From IMG/VR virus record IMGVR_UViG_3300048017_000141: a stretch of DNA of 64,000 nucleotides. The stretch is one strand, 5' to 3'. The DNA is from a virus. The translations under genes and the position numbers were made by a program. Below, piece after piece: positions 1 to 8,274 of this stretch. The notes beneath the pieces are model-generated. The model searched no databases and was not told where the DNA came from. It saw only the letters and a program-made list of their open reading frames with translations. Each line of letters begins with the position of its first letter. The stretch's first letter is position 1.

Positions 1-1
1 C

Positions 2-1780
2 GGTAAATGGATGGATCCATCCACAACTTGGGATAGTGAAACTATAATATCAGATCTGCATAATATTACAGAGGGCTCAGGAAGAAAAGCTTGGCTATCA
101 GAGTTTATTGAAAATGCAGATAGTATATTCTCTCCGGAAAATCTTAATAAGGTACAGTCAATATACGGTACAAATGTTAGAATTGCTTTAGAGGATTCTT
201 TGTATAGAATGAAAAATGGCAAAAGTAGACCGGAAGGAACAGATAATCTTACTAATAAATGGATGAACTGGATTAATGGTTCTACTGCGGCAATAATGTT
301 TTTCAATACAAGATCAGCATTGTTACAAACAATATCAGCTATCAACTACTTGAATTGGACTGATAATAATGTATGGACGTCTGCGAAAGCATTTGCCAAT
401 CAGAAACAGTACTGGAGTGACTTCGCTATGATTATCAATTCAGATAAGATGAAGGAAAGAAGATCTGGATTAAAAGCGGATGTAACGCAAGCAGAGATTG
501 CTAATGCAGCCAATAGTACAAAGAGTAAGGCACTCGGTGTTTTATCTTATTTACAAAAGATTGGATTTACACCAACACAAGCAGCAGATAGTTTCTCTAT
601 TGCAATTGGGGGAGCAGCTTTCTATAGAAATAGAGTGAAAACATATCAATCAGAGTATACTGGCTTGGATGCTGATGGAAACTTAAAAAGAAAATATACA
701 GATAAAGAGGCTGAAGATAAAGCTTGGGTAGATTTTTCTAATATAACGGACCAATCAATGCAATCGGCCGATCCTTTATATGTTTCTAAGCAGCAAACGA
801 CCTCATTAGGGCGCCTTGTTTTGGCTTTTGGTAATACTCCAATGCAATATAATAGATTGATTAAAAAAGCAGCCCTAGACATAGCTAATAAGCGCGGAAA
901 CTTTGGAACGAATATATCAAAAATAATTTATTATGGAGCTTTGCAAAACTTTATATTCTCAGCATTACAAGCGGCATTATTCTTACCATTCGAAGATGAA
1001 AAAGATGAAGAAGAATTAGCAGCGATGTCTAAAGAAGATAGAAAAGCGTATGAGAAGTTGATCAAAAAGCAGAATGATAAAACAATAGGTATTGCAAATG
1101 GTATGGTTGATACCGTATTAAGAGGTTCTGGTATTACTGGAGCGCTTATATCAACAATAAAAAATACCATAATAGAATACAATAAGCAAGAGGAAAGAGA
1201 AATGTTTGCCGATCATGCGCAGACTTTGTTAACCGCATCCGGTATATCTCCATCAATAAGCTCAAAAGCTAGAAAAGTGTACGGTATTATTCGAATGAAT
1301 AAATTTGAGAAGGACGTAATAGCCGAAAGAGGGTGGGAAGTTACAAGAGACGGAAGATTGAACCTTAGTCCTAATTACAATATCGCTGGTAATGCTGTTG
1401 TTGCTACAACCAATATACCCTTAGACAGGTTAGTTGAAAAAGTCAACAACGTTGCTGAAGCGCTAGATTCTAGAAACAATAAAATTCAGAGAATAGCTTT
1501 ATCTTTAGGATGGAAGCCGTGGGAATTAAATGTTAAGAATGAAGAAAGCGAGCAAATAAAAGCAAAAGCAAAAGAAGTAAGAAAGAAAGAAGGCGTTGAA
1601 AAATCTATACAAACCAGAGCTGATAAGAAAGAAGCTGAAGAAGCTGCTTATAAAGCAATGTCTCCACAAGAGAAAATGGTTTACCGTAGACAAAAAAGCG
1701 AAAAGCAACTGCAAAAAAGAAAAGAAAAAGCACAACGCAAATTGCAAGAAATACGCAAGAAAAGGAAAATGGGAGAATAA
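2..1780 (+). CDS. C-terminal part of a large virion-associated (polyvalent-type) protein, 5' truncated by the window edge
   Basis: The frame is open from base 2, and the ATG at 11 is only the first Met in the track. The tail is very basic and Lys/Glu-rich. It is on the same strand as the giant ORF that runs off the 3' window edge. Confidence 0.6.
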   Translation, partial: GKWMDPSTTWDSETIISDLHNITEGSGRKAWLSEFIENADSIFSPENLNKVQSIYGTNVRIALEDSLYRMKNGKSRPEGTDNLTNKWMNWINGSTAAIMFFNTRSALLQTISAINYLNWTDNNVWTSAKAFANQKQYWSDFAMIINSDKMKERRSGLKADVTQAEIANAANSTKSKALGVLSYLQKIGFTPTQAADSFSIAIGGAAFYRNRVKTYQSEYTGLDADGNLKRKYTDKEAEDKAWVDFSNITDQSMQSADPLYVSKQQTTSLGRLVLAFGNTPMQYNRLIKKAALDIANKRGNFGTNISKIIYYGALQNFIFSALQAALFLPFEDEKDEEELAAMSKEDRKAYEKLIKKQNDKTIGIANGMVDTVLRGSGITGALISTIKNTIIEYNKQEEREMFADHAQTLLTASGISPSISSKARKVYGIIRMNKFEKDVIAERGWEVTRDGRLNLSPNYNIAGNAVVATTNIPLDRLVEKVNNVAEALDSRNNKIQRIALSLGWKPWELNVKNEESEQIKAKAKEVRKKEGVEKSIQTRADKKEAEEAAYKAMSPQEKMVYRRQKSEKQLQKRKEKAQRKLQEIRKKRKMGE

Positions 1781-1833
1781 AGGGAACAAATAAAAAATAG
1801 GCACCATACCTAATAAGTTCCAATAATAAGAAT

Positions 1834-1870
1834 AGGGGACCACAATTAAGTGAATCCCCTTTCTTTATTT
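1834..1870. terminator. Bidirectional stem-loop at the convergence of the plus and minus arms
   Basis: AGGGGA (1834-1839) pairs with TCCCCT (1855-1860), with an inner CAC/GTG pair. It is followed by TTCTTTATTT on the plus strand and by an AT/T-rich run on the minus strand. It lies between the stops of 2..1780(+) and nrdA(-). Confidence 0.6.
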
Positions 1871-1885
1871 ATTCAATGAATATTA

Positions 1886-3607
1886 TTATCCGTCGCATGA
1901 AACACAATCAACCATTGCTTTAGCAGCAATATCTCCACGTAGCACTGATTCAGTTCGCATATAATATAAGGTTTTGATACCTTTTTTCCATGCTTCAAAA
2001 TGAACTTGGTTAATCCATTTTGGTGTTGCTTCGCTTGGAAACGCTAAGTTTAAACTAACTGATTGATCAATATACTGTTGTCGTATTCCAGCCTGATTTA
2101 CTAATTCCAATTGGTTTATTTCCTTAAAAGTTTTGAATACGTCTTTAACAGGTATATCTTTATATGCGCCAAAAAACTTATCGTCAAGTTCTTTTATGTC
2201 CTGTACAGAACCACCATCTTCGAGTATTTTATTCCAGATTGCATCGGTATTTAACCCAAAGCCTTCTAACACTTTTTCTAATGTTGGATTTCTACGGATA
2301 AACGTACCCTTGGCAGTTTGTTCGGTAAAAACATTGGCAGCCCAAGGTTCAATACCTGAGCTAACATTACCACTAAGTTTGCTATTACTGACAGTAGGAG
2401 CCACTGCACGTAGATGAGTATTACGCATTCCAGTACCAACACACCATAAAGGTTCTCCATAAATCTCTGCAAGATCTTTGCTGGCTCTTTCACTCTCAAT
2501 TTTAATTTGTGAAAAAATCTTCCTAGTCTCAAACTGAGATAATAGACCTTCGAAAGGAAGTCCTTTTTCTTGGAGGTAAGTGTGCCATCCGAGGACTCCC
2601 AAGCCAAGAGCTCTCCCTTTTTGCGCAGACCGAACCGAATTCTCAAATCCGCGTAACCCTTTGGCTCGTTGGATAAATTCTTCCATAACTCCATCAAGAA
2701 AGAACGTGGCGTCATATATAAGGTTAGTATCTTTCCATTCTTCATATTTAGCTAAATTTAGTGATGATAAACAGCAAACAAAACTGTGTGTTTCGTCCGT
2801 ATGTAATGTTATTTCCGAGCAGATATTAGTCATGTGAACTTTTAATCCATGTGTTCTATATGCTTGCGGATTTGCTTTATTTGTATTTCCTTTGAATAAA
2901 ACATACGGCTCGCCAGTTGCTTTTCTTTTTTGCAAAAGCTTACTCCATCTTCTTCTAGCTTCCTGATCTCCAGATTCTAACTTACGCATAAACTTATCGC
3001 CAACGACTACACATTGATGTAAGTTTAACGCTTGTCTATTCATGTCTCCCTTAGGCTCTCTTATTTCAAGCCATTGATCAAAATCCTTATGTTCTATATT
3101 TATATTAACAGAAGCAGCACCTCTTCTTACTGAACCTTGATTCGTTGCTAATATAGTCGAATCATAAATTTTACAGAATGGAACAACACCATCTGAAGTA
3201 CCGTTGCCGGTTATCTTTGAGCCAGCTGCTCTGATCTGATTTACGCCAATACCAACTCCTCCACCGTGTTTAGCTAACAACATCATCTCCAAGTTTTTTT
3301 GGCCAATGTCCTGAATCGAATCGGCCACATCAATACCAAAACAACTAATTGGTAAACCCCTATCTGTTCCTGTGTTTGATAATACGGGTGACGCTAAACA
3401 TAACCATCCTTTCCATATATAATCAAAGAATTTTTCAGCCATTTCAGGCTTGTATAATCTTCTAGCAACAGTAGTAGCTACTCTATTATAAGCGTCCCTT
3501 GGGGTTTCGCCGGGCAATAAATATCCCCCGGCAATTGTCTTTTTGTAAACATCAGTGTTACCCCAATCAGGAAAATCTACACCTGGTTTCCATTCTTCCT
3601 TCCACAT
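1886..3607 (-). CDS. nrdA: Ribonucleotide reductase class I large subunit
   Basis: 573 aa with the catalytic-site context TNICSEITL and PISCFG/GGGVG-type motifs. It sits next to the nrdB homologue. Confidence 0.9.
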   Translation of the reverse strand: MWKEEWKPGVDFPDWGNTDVYKKTIAGGYLLPGETPRDAYNRVATTVARRLYKPEMAEKFFDYIWKGWLCLASPVLSNTGTDRGLPISCFGIDVADSIQDIGQKNLEMMLLAKHGGGVGIGVNQIRAAGSKITGNGTSDGVVPFCKIYDSTILATNQGSVRRGAASVNINIEHKDFDQWLEIREPKGDMNRQALNLHQCVVVGDKFMRKLESGDQEARRRWSKLLQKRKATGEPYVLFKGNTNKANPQAYRTHGLKVHMTNICSEITLHTDETHSFVCCLSSLNLAKYEEWKDTNLIYDATFFLDGVMEEFIQRAKGLRGFENSVRSAQKGRALGLGVLGWHTYLQEKGLPFEGLLSQFETRKIFSQIKIESERASKDLAEIYGEPLWCVGTGMRNTHLRAVAPTVSNSKLSGNVSSGIEPWAANVFTEQTAKGTFIRRNPTLEKVLEGFGLNTDAIWNKILEDGGSVQDIKELDDKFFGAYKDIPVKDVFKTFKEINQLELVNQAGIRQQYIDQSVSLNLAFPSEATPKWINQVHFEAWKKGIKTLYYMRTESVLRGDIAAKAMVDCVSCDG

Positions 3608-3610
3608 ATA

Positions 3611-3850
3611 TTAGTTAAGTTCTAGTTTTGGTTCAACATTTTCTTCTGTAGTTTCATCTTCAGCAGGTTTTGTTCTTACTTGCTCTGCTAATTTGTTTAC
3701 TGCGGTTTCGTAATCCGGCATTAACCGTAGGGTTTCAAATGTTCCTGATGCTAATGTTTTTAAGTTTTGATTTTCATTTAATAGGTATTGAACTACATTA
3801 GTTAAAGCTTCTACCTTTTTTTGCATGTCTATTAACGTGCTTTCTTTCAT
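3611..3850 (-). CDS. Hypothetical coiled-coil protein
   Basis: The track ORF is 3611..3901. The internal Met at 3850 avoids overlap with the nrdB stop and has an A-rich upstream context. Confidence 0.45.
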   Translation of the reverse strand: MKESTLIDMQKKVEALTNVVQYLLNENQNLKTLASGTFETLRLMPDYETAVNKLAEQVRTKPAEDETTEENVEPKLELN

Positions 3851-3869
3851 ATTTGTTTGTTTTAAATTA

Positions 3870-4838
3870 TTACCATATATTTTCAAAGTCTTCTCCCTCA
3901 TTCGCTTTGCTATAATCAGTTGATCGCATTGCGAAGAAGTCTGTATGTGTTACACCGCCTGTCAAATGATAAAACCAATCTAAGTTCTTAGCAATATCTT
4001 CGTCATAATGAAAATAATTTGCTATTTCAGTATACCCAAGTTCAGCCAACTTTTCATTTGCTCTTTTACGCAAAAAGTGTTTTAGATCATTTGAGGATAT
4101 ACCTTCAATGTCACCCATCTCAAACATCTTATCTATATAATCGTGCTCTAATTTTACCATTAAACTAGCTGCTACTATTACATCTTCTTTCACTTGTTCT
4201 TTTAACCAAGGTATTTCGTCACACATTTGTCTAAATAACCTGCAACCCATTTTACTATGAAGCGATTCATCTCTTACGCTCCATTTCATTTGTTGCCCGA
4301 TGCCCTTTAGCATGTTTCTAAGCTGGAATGAATATAATACAGCAAAAGCTGAATATAGACTAACTCCTTCAGCAAATGCTGAAAATATGGCTAAAGATCT
4401 CGCGATGCTTTCTACATTGTCATCCTTAGGTAACATTAAGTTCTCGAAACGAGACGCCGTAGCTGGTTCATGTAAAAAAGCTTTAAAGTCATCTAATCCT
4501 AATGTTTCATTTAGATAGCTATAAGCAGCTGCATGAATTGTTTCCTGTGATCCAAAAGCCATTGCCATATGTTTTATCTCATGCTTTGGAAACCATTTTG
4601 TTACATATCCAGTCCAATAATCAGACACCGCACATTCCGTTTGAGCAAAACCTAGTAATATATTACCTACTAAGTTTTTTTCTGCAGCATTCAATTTTTC
4701 GTTCCAATCTTTAACATCACCGGACATTGGTATTTCTGTATGTAACCAAAAAGCCTGCATTTGCGGCAACCAACCCTCTAAATAATATTCAGGGTATTCA
4801 AAGGGCTTATATTCAATCCTTTCATTAAATAATCCCAT
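3870..4838 (-). CDS. nrdB: Ribonucleotide reductase class I small subunit
   Basis: 322 aa with ferritin-like di-iron motifs (QETIHAAAYSY, EGVSLYSAFA, RDESLH). Confidence 0.9.
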   Translation of the reverse strand: MGLFNERIEYKPFEYPEYYLEGWLPQMQAFWLHTEIPMSGDVKDWNEKLNAAEKNLVGNILLGFAQTECAVSDYWTGYVTKWFPKHEIKHMAMAFGSQETIHAAAYSYLNETLGLDDFKAFLHEPATASRFENLMLPKDDNVESIARSLAIFSAFAEGVSLYSAFAVLYSFQLRNMLKGIGQQMKWSVRDESLHSKMGCRLFRQMCDEIPWLKEQVKEDVIVAASLMVKLEHDYIDKMFEMGDIEGISSNDLKHFLRKRANEKLAELGYTEIANYFHYDEDIAKNLDWFYHLTGGVTHTDFFAMRSTDYSKANEGEDFENIW

Positions 4839-4839
4839 A

Positions 4840-4998
4840 TTATTTACTTAATTCTAAGGTTAATTCAATAAAAGGTATATATAATATGTGTAAGTTTGCA
4901 TCAGAATATTGATATACTCTGTACCCAATAAGAACACCTGGATAAAGACCTAAACTAATTTCCCAAAATCTGTCATTGTTATTTTTAAAGTAATTCAT
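4840..4998 (-). CDS. Small hypothetical protein (52 aa, hand-translated)
   Basis: ATG at 4998. Its stop lies 1 nt from the nrdB start. It is below the track size cut-off. Confidence 0.35.
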   Translation of the reverse strand: MNYFKNNNDRFWEISLGLYPGVLIGYRVYQYSDANLHILYIPFIELTLELSK

Positions 4999-5007
4999 AA
5001 TAATTGT

Positions 5008-5175
5008 TTAATTGTTTTTACTAAATGTTTCTATTGTTTCTAATAAGTCTTTATATCTTATAATGCCTTTTGTTTCAAATGACCATTTCACCCATTTTGC
5101 TATTTGTCTTTCGGCATATCTTTTCCTGGCTATTGCTTTCGCTTGTCCAGTATCATTTGAACTGTTATGTCGCAT
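5008..5175 (-). CDS. Small hypothetical basic protein (55 aa, hand-translated)
   Basis: ATG at 5175, overlapping the stop of the upstream gene by 11 nt. It fills an otherwise empty gap. Confidence 0.35.
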   Translation of the reverse strand: MRHNSSNDTGQAKAIARKRYAERQIAKWVKWSFETKGIIRYKDLLETIETFSKNN

Positions 5176-5416
5176 TCTTTTTTCCATTTTTTTTATTTAA
5201 AGTGCACCCATTATAATCACAGTAATGAAATAATGCTTCTGTCATTAAAGCCAGTGCTGGATGTTCATATTTTGCTATTATTTCGTACCCCTCAATTATA
5301 TTGCCGTTTCTTTGATGTTCTTTCATCCTGTCGGATATAAGCCCAGTAACGCCAACGTAATGTTCCTCCGGTAAATAATAAACGTACCAATACCCGTCTT
5401 TTTTTATGTAATGCAA
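5165..5416 (-). CDS. Stand-alone GIY-YIG-like domain protein
   Basis: YVYYL..HYVGVT..R..EH fits the GIY-(N9-10)-YIG...R...E pattern. At 83 aa it lacks any DNA-binding extension. Confidence 0.5.
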   Translation of the reverse strand: MHYIKKDGYWYVYYLPEEHYVGVTGLISDRMKEHQRNGNIIEGYEIIAKYEHPALALMTEALFHYCDYNGCTLNKKNGKKNAT

Positions 5417-5863
5417 TTATTTTTTTCTTCCGCTTAATATTAGATCTACTGTTTTAAGGCACTCAGCTTGGTTTTGAGGTTTATATAACGTTCGGGTATC
5501 TTTTGTATCCTTTAGGAATTTTTTAAATAATTTCCACCTTAATGGAAAAGATTCATTAGCTCTACCTTTTGTTTCTATAATAAAATCCTCTCCTTCAAAA
5601 TCCGGAGTGTACTTTAAATTTAAAACTTTTTTATTCCCTCTATTGATAAAATCACCCTTACTGTTTGACTGTCTTTCTATACTATCATTTTCAAAATGAA
5701 AAGCCGGTATTAATTCATATGTTTTATGTTCATAATTAAAATCTATCTTAGCTTTCTTAAGAGCCATATACATATACTTCTCTAAGCCGGAAGCAAAGGT
5801 GATGCCATCATACACCACCTTTTTTGCTACAACCGGTCCTTTTTTTCTAGACCTTTTAATCAA
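5417..5863 (-). CDS. PD-(D/E)XK nuclease, DUF1064-like (putative resolvase)
   Basis: The motifs DGITFASGLE..Y, YTPDF, IIETKG and RWKLFKKFL match my memory of the DUF1064 pattern. Confidence 0.6.
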   Translation of the reverse strand: MIKRSRKKGPVVAKKVVYDGITFASGLEKYMYMALKKAKIDFNYEHKTYELIPAFHFENDSIERQSNSKGDFINRGNKKVLNLKYTPDFEGEDFIIETKGRANESFPLRWKLFKKFLKDTKDTRTLYKPQNQAECLKTVDLILSGRKK

Positions 5864-6275
5864 CGCACAGCGATTTTAGAAATTCCTTAAAACTAGTATA
5901 TTCTGTATCATCATCTTCGTCAATTGTCCAATTACGCCCATGACCATTCTTCCGCTTCTTTTGCATCAAGGTATCTTTCGATTGTTTTTTTTTATCTTGT
6001 TCGAATACAAAAGAATCTATAACATCTATGTCGTTTAAAGACTTTAATAGCTCTTTTTCCTCACGTAAGGTTGCTATTTCTTCTTTTAAACGTTGTAGAT
6101 ATAAAGTAGCATCCATTAGCTCCTCTTGTAAGTGATTTAACCAAGTATGCACATCTGAGTTATCCTCCCTCAATGTTTTTCCATATTTAGCAAATCCAAC
6201 ATCAGATCGATCTACAAATTTATTTACAACACATTGGACAACCGGGTCTCTAAATTTAATTGTTTGTTCTGTCAT
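5856..6275 (-). CDS. Putative all-alpha NTP pyrophosphohydrolase-like protein (MazG/DUF550-like)
   Basis: The pattern FAKYGKT...W.NHLQEELMDATLYL resembles phage MazG-like or dNTP diphosphohydrolase N-terminal domains. This assignment is from memory only. Confidence 0.4.
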   Translation of the reverse strand: MTEQTIKFRDPVVQCVVNKFVDRSDVGFAKYGKTLREDNSDVHTWLNHLQEELMDATLYLQRLKEEIATLREEKELLKSLNDIDVIDSFVFEQDKKKQSKDTLMQKKRKNGHGRNWTIDEDDDTEYTSFKEFLKSLCVD

Positions 6276-6276
6276 A

Positions 6277-7137
6277 TTATAAAGTGTTTTTTACAAAAGT
6301 TCCATTAACCATACTGCCTTGTCTTGATTTAATTACATTGTACGCGGAATCTATACAATCTTCAACGGTAAAACCTTCTAAATGAGCCAAATTAGTCAAT
6401 ACAACAATCATATCACCAATCGCATCTTTTACTTCTGGTTTATCCTTTTTAAGAATAGCTTGAGCTAATTCGCCTGCTTCTTCCATTAATTTAACATATT
6501 GCGTTTTTGAATCTCCAGAATCATATATACCTTTATCTGTTGCCCAATTTCTTATATTGGTAAAAACGCTTGTTGTTTCAGGAGAATAATGGCTCCTAAG
6601 TATATTTCTAAGGAAAGTTTCCATATCCTGACTAACGGCAGGTACTAATGCTTCATCAATATGTTTCATTGGATTAACATCATTAGCTTTACTATTGTTA
6701 TAGAACTCGTGTAAGGCTTTATTATATACATAACATCTATTTGTATTGTACATAGAAGTTTGTGCGTTAGAAGCTATAAAATTAGCCAATTTTTGATCTA
6801 ATTTATAAGATCCAAATCCATTTGTAATGTTCATTCCTATATTGTCAGCAAGCTGTCCTTTTAGCTTGTTTAATGGACAAGGAAATGTGATTGTTTGTTC
6901 TGTTACGTTTAATTTCATTTTATTTGATTTAATTACTTGTTTATAACTTTGACGATCTTGCTTATAGCCGTAGATAAGTTGAAGCTCTAATTCCCGCGAT
7001 GAAATATAATTAATATCATCACTAGAATCTAGAACTTCGTATTCTCCAATCTGGTAGCCTTGTGCCACTGTAACTCTTTTGTTAAGATTACGTGTAACAC
7101 CAACCTTTTTACCGGGTATATGATAAATATAATACAT
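6277..7137 (-). CDS. Fusion of an N-terminal GIY-YIG-like domain and a C-terminal MazG-type nucleotide pyrophosphohydrolase
   Basis: The N-terminus reads YYIYHIPGKKVGVTRNLNKR. The C-terminus reads LMEEAGELAQA...AIGDMIVVLTNLAH, the EExGE...D signature of MazG. Confidence 0.7.
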   Translation of the reverse strand: MYYIYHIPGKKVGVTRNLNKRVTVAQGYQIGEYEVLDSSDDINYISSRELELQLIYGYKQDRQSYKQVIKSNKMKLNVTEQTITFPCPLNKLKGQLADNIGMNITNGFGSYKLDQKLANFIASNAQTSMYNTNRCYVYNKALHEFYNNSKANDVNPMKHIDEALVPAVSQDMETFLRNILRSHYSPETTSVFTNIRNWATDKGIYDSGDSKTQYVKLMEEAGELAQAILKKDKPEVKDAIGDMIVVLTNLAHLEGFTVEDCIDSAYNVIKSRQGSMVNGTFVKNTL

Positions 7138-7148
7138 CTTTTTTCTAT

Positions 7149-7937
7149 TTAGACAGCTACTGTCGCACGTAAAACGGGTCCGTGTTCATAGTCTGATATT
7201 GTTAATACTTTTTTATTATATTCATATTTTGGCAAATTGAATATTGGCAACTGCAAATAATTTTTTACAGCTTCTTCTTGATTGCTATACACGTGAGCAT
7301 CTATTATCTGCAGATCTAATATATTAGGTTTTAGTCCTGTTTCTTCAGCAACATAAAATAATAATGTTGTGAATAGAGCTACATCATATGGAATACCAAG
7401 AAACAAATCTCCTGATCTTTGTAATGCAAATAAATTTAATTTACCGTTTTCAACAAAAAATTGAAAGTATAAATAACAAGGCGGTAATTTCATTTGATGG
7501 ATTTGTAACGGGTTCCATAAAGATATTACATGGCGTCTACTGTCTGGATCCTTCTTAAGCTTAGTTATAACCTCTTTTAATTGATCCAAACCATTTCCAT
7601 TGTAGTTTCTAAGTTGATGCCCATAAACTGGTCCTAGATCTCCATTTTCATCTGCCCAAGCATCCCATATTTTTATACCAGCTTCTTGGAATCTTTTAAT
7701 ATTAGTTTCTCCATTAACAAACCATTCAAATTCTGTTTTAAAAGTTTTTTCAAACATCTTCCTACCCGTTATCATAGGAAATGTTTTAGAAACATTTATT
7801 CTTAAATTTTTAGAAAATATAGATTTGCATCCAACTCCGGTCCTGTCCTTTCTAGTTACGCCCTTTGCTAATGCTTCTTTTAATATTTTTCTATAATCAA
7901 CCTCGTATTGATTTTTTATTGTTTTTGTATTTGCCAT
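7149..7937 (-). CDS. Thymidylate-synthase-fold pyrimidine C5 methyl/hydroxymethyl transferase, predicted dCMP-specific
   Basis: The motifs DRTGVG, WDAWADENGDLGPVYG, SLWNP, PPC(154) and QRSGD align by eye with E. coli ThyA. The residue at Cys+31 is Asp185 (codon 7383-7385, gat) instead of the ThyA Asn. Confidence 0.85.
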   Translation of the reverse strand: MANTKTIKNQYEVDYRKILKEALAKGVTRKDRTGVGCKSIFSKNLRINVSKTFPMITGRKMFEKTFKTEFEWFVNGETNIKRFQEAGIKIWDAWADENGDLGPVYGHQLRNYNGNGLDQLKEVITKLKKDPDSRRHVISLWNPLQIHQMKLPPCYLYFQFFVENGKLNLFALQRSGDLFLGIPYDVALFTTLLFYVAEETGLKPNILDLQIIDAHVYSNQEEAVKNYLQLPIFNLPKYEYNKKVLTISDYEHGPVLRATVAV

Positions 7938-7938
7938 A

Positions 7939-8274
7939 TTAAAATAAAGATTGTTGTTTTGGTTTCTTTGTTATTTGTTCTTCTTGCTCTACTTTCTTTA
8001 TATCTTTTACAACCTCATTGATTTGGTTATGTTTATTGTAATAATATAAATAAAACTTATATAGTTGTTTCCATATATCTATTTTACCGTAAGCCAATGG
8101 ACTTCTATTAACTGATCCATTTATTATTATATCTAAATACCATTCTTTTGTATTTTTAGGAGCTGGTGATATACTTATATTATTTCTTATTCCCCATTCA
8201 AAAGCAGATTGCTCTTTTTCAGATGGTATGTAATTTCCCATATCTATCTGATTCTTTTTGAATCCGCTTCCCAT
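7939..8274 (-). CDS. Hypothetical protein
   Basis: 111-aa ORF tightly packed between neighbouring genes. Confidence 0.5.
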   Translation of the reverse strand: MGSGFKKNQIDMGNYIPSEKEQSAFEWGIRNNISISPAPKNTKEWYLDIIINGSVNRSPLAYGKIDIWKQLYKFYLYYYNKHNQINEVVKDIKKVEQEEQITKKPKQQSLF

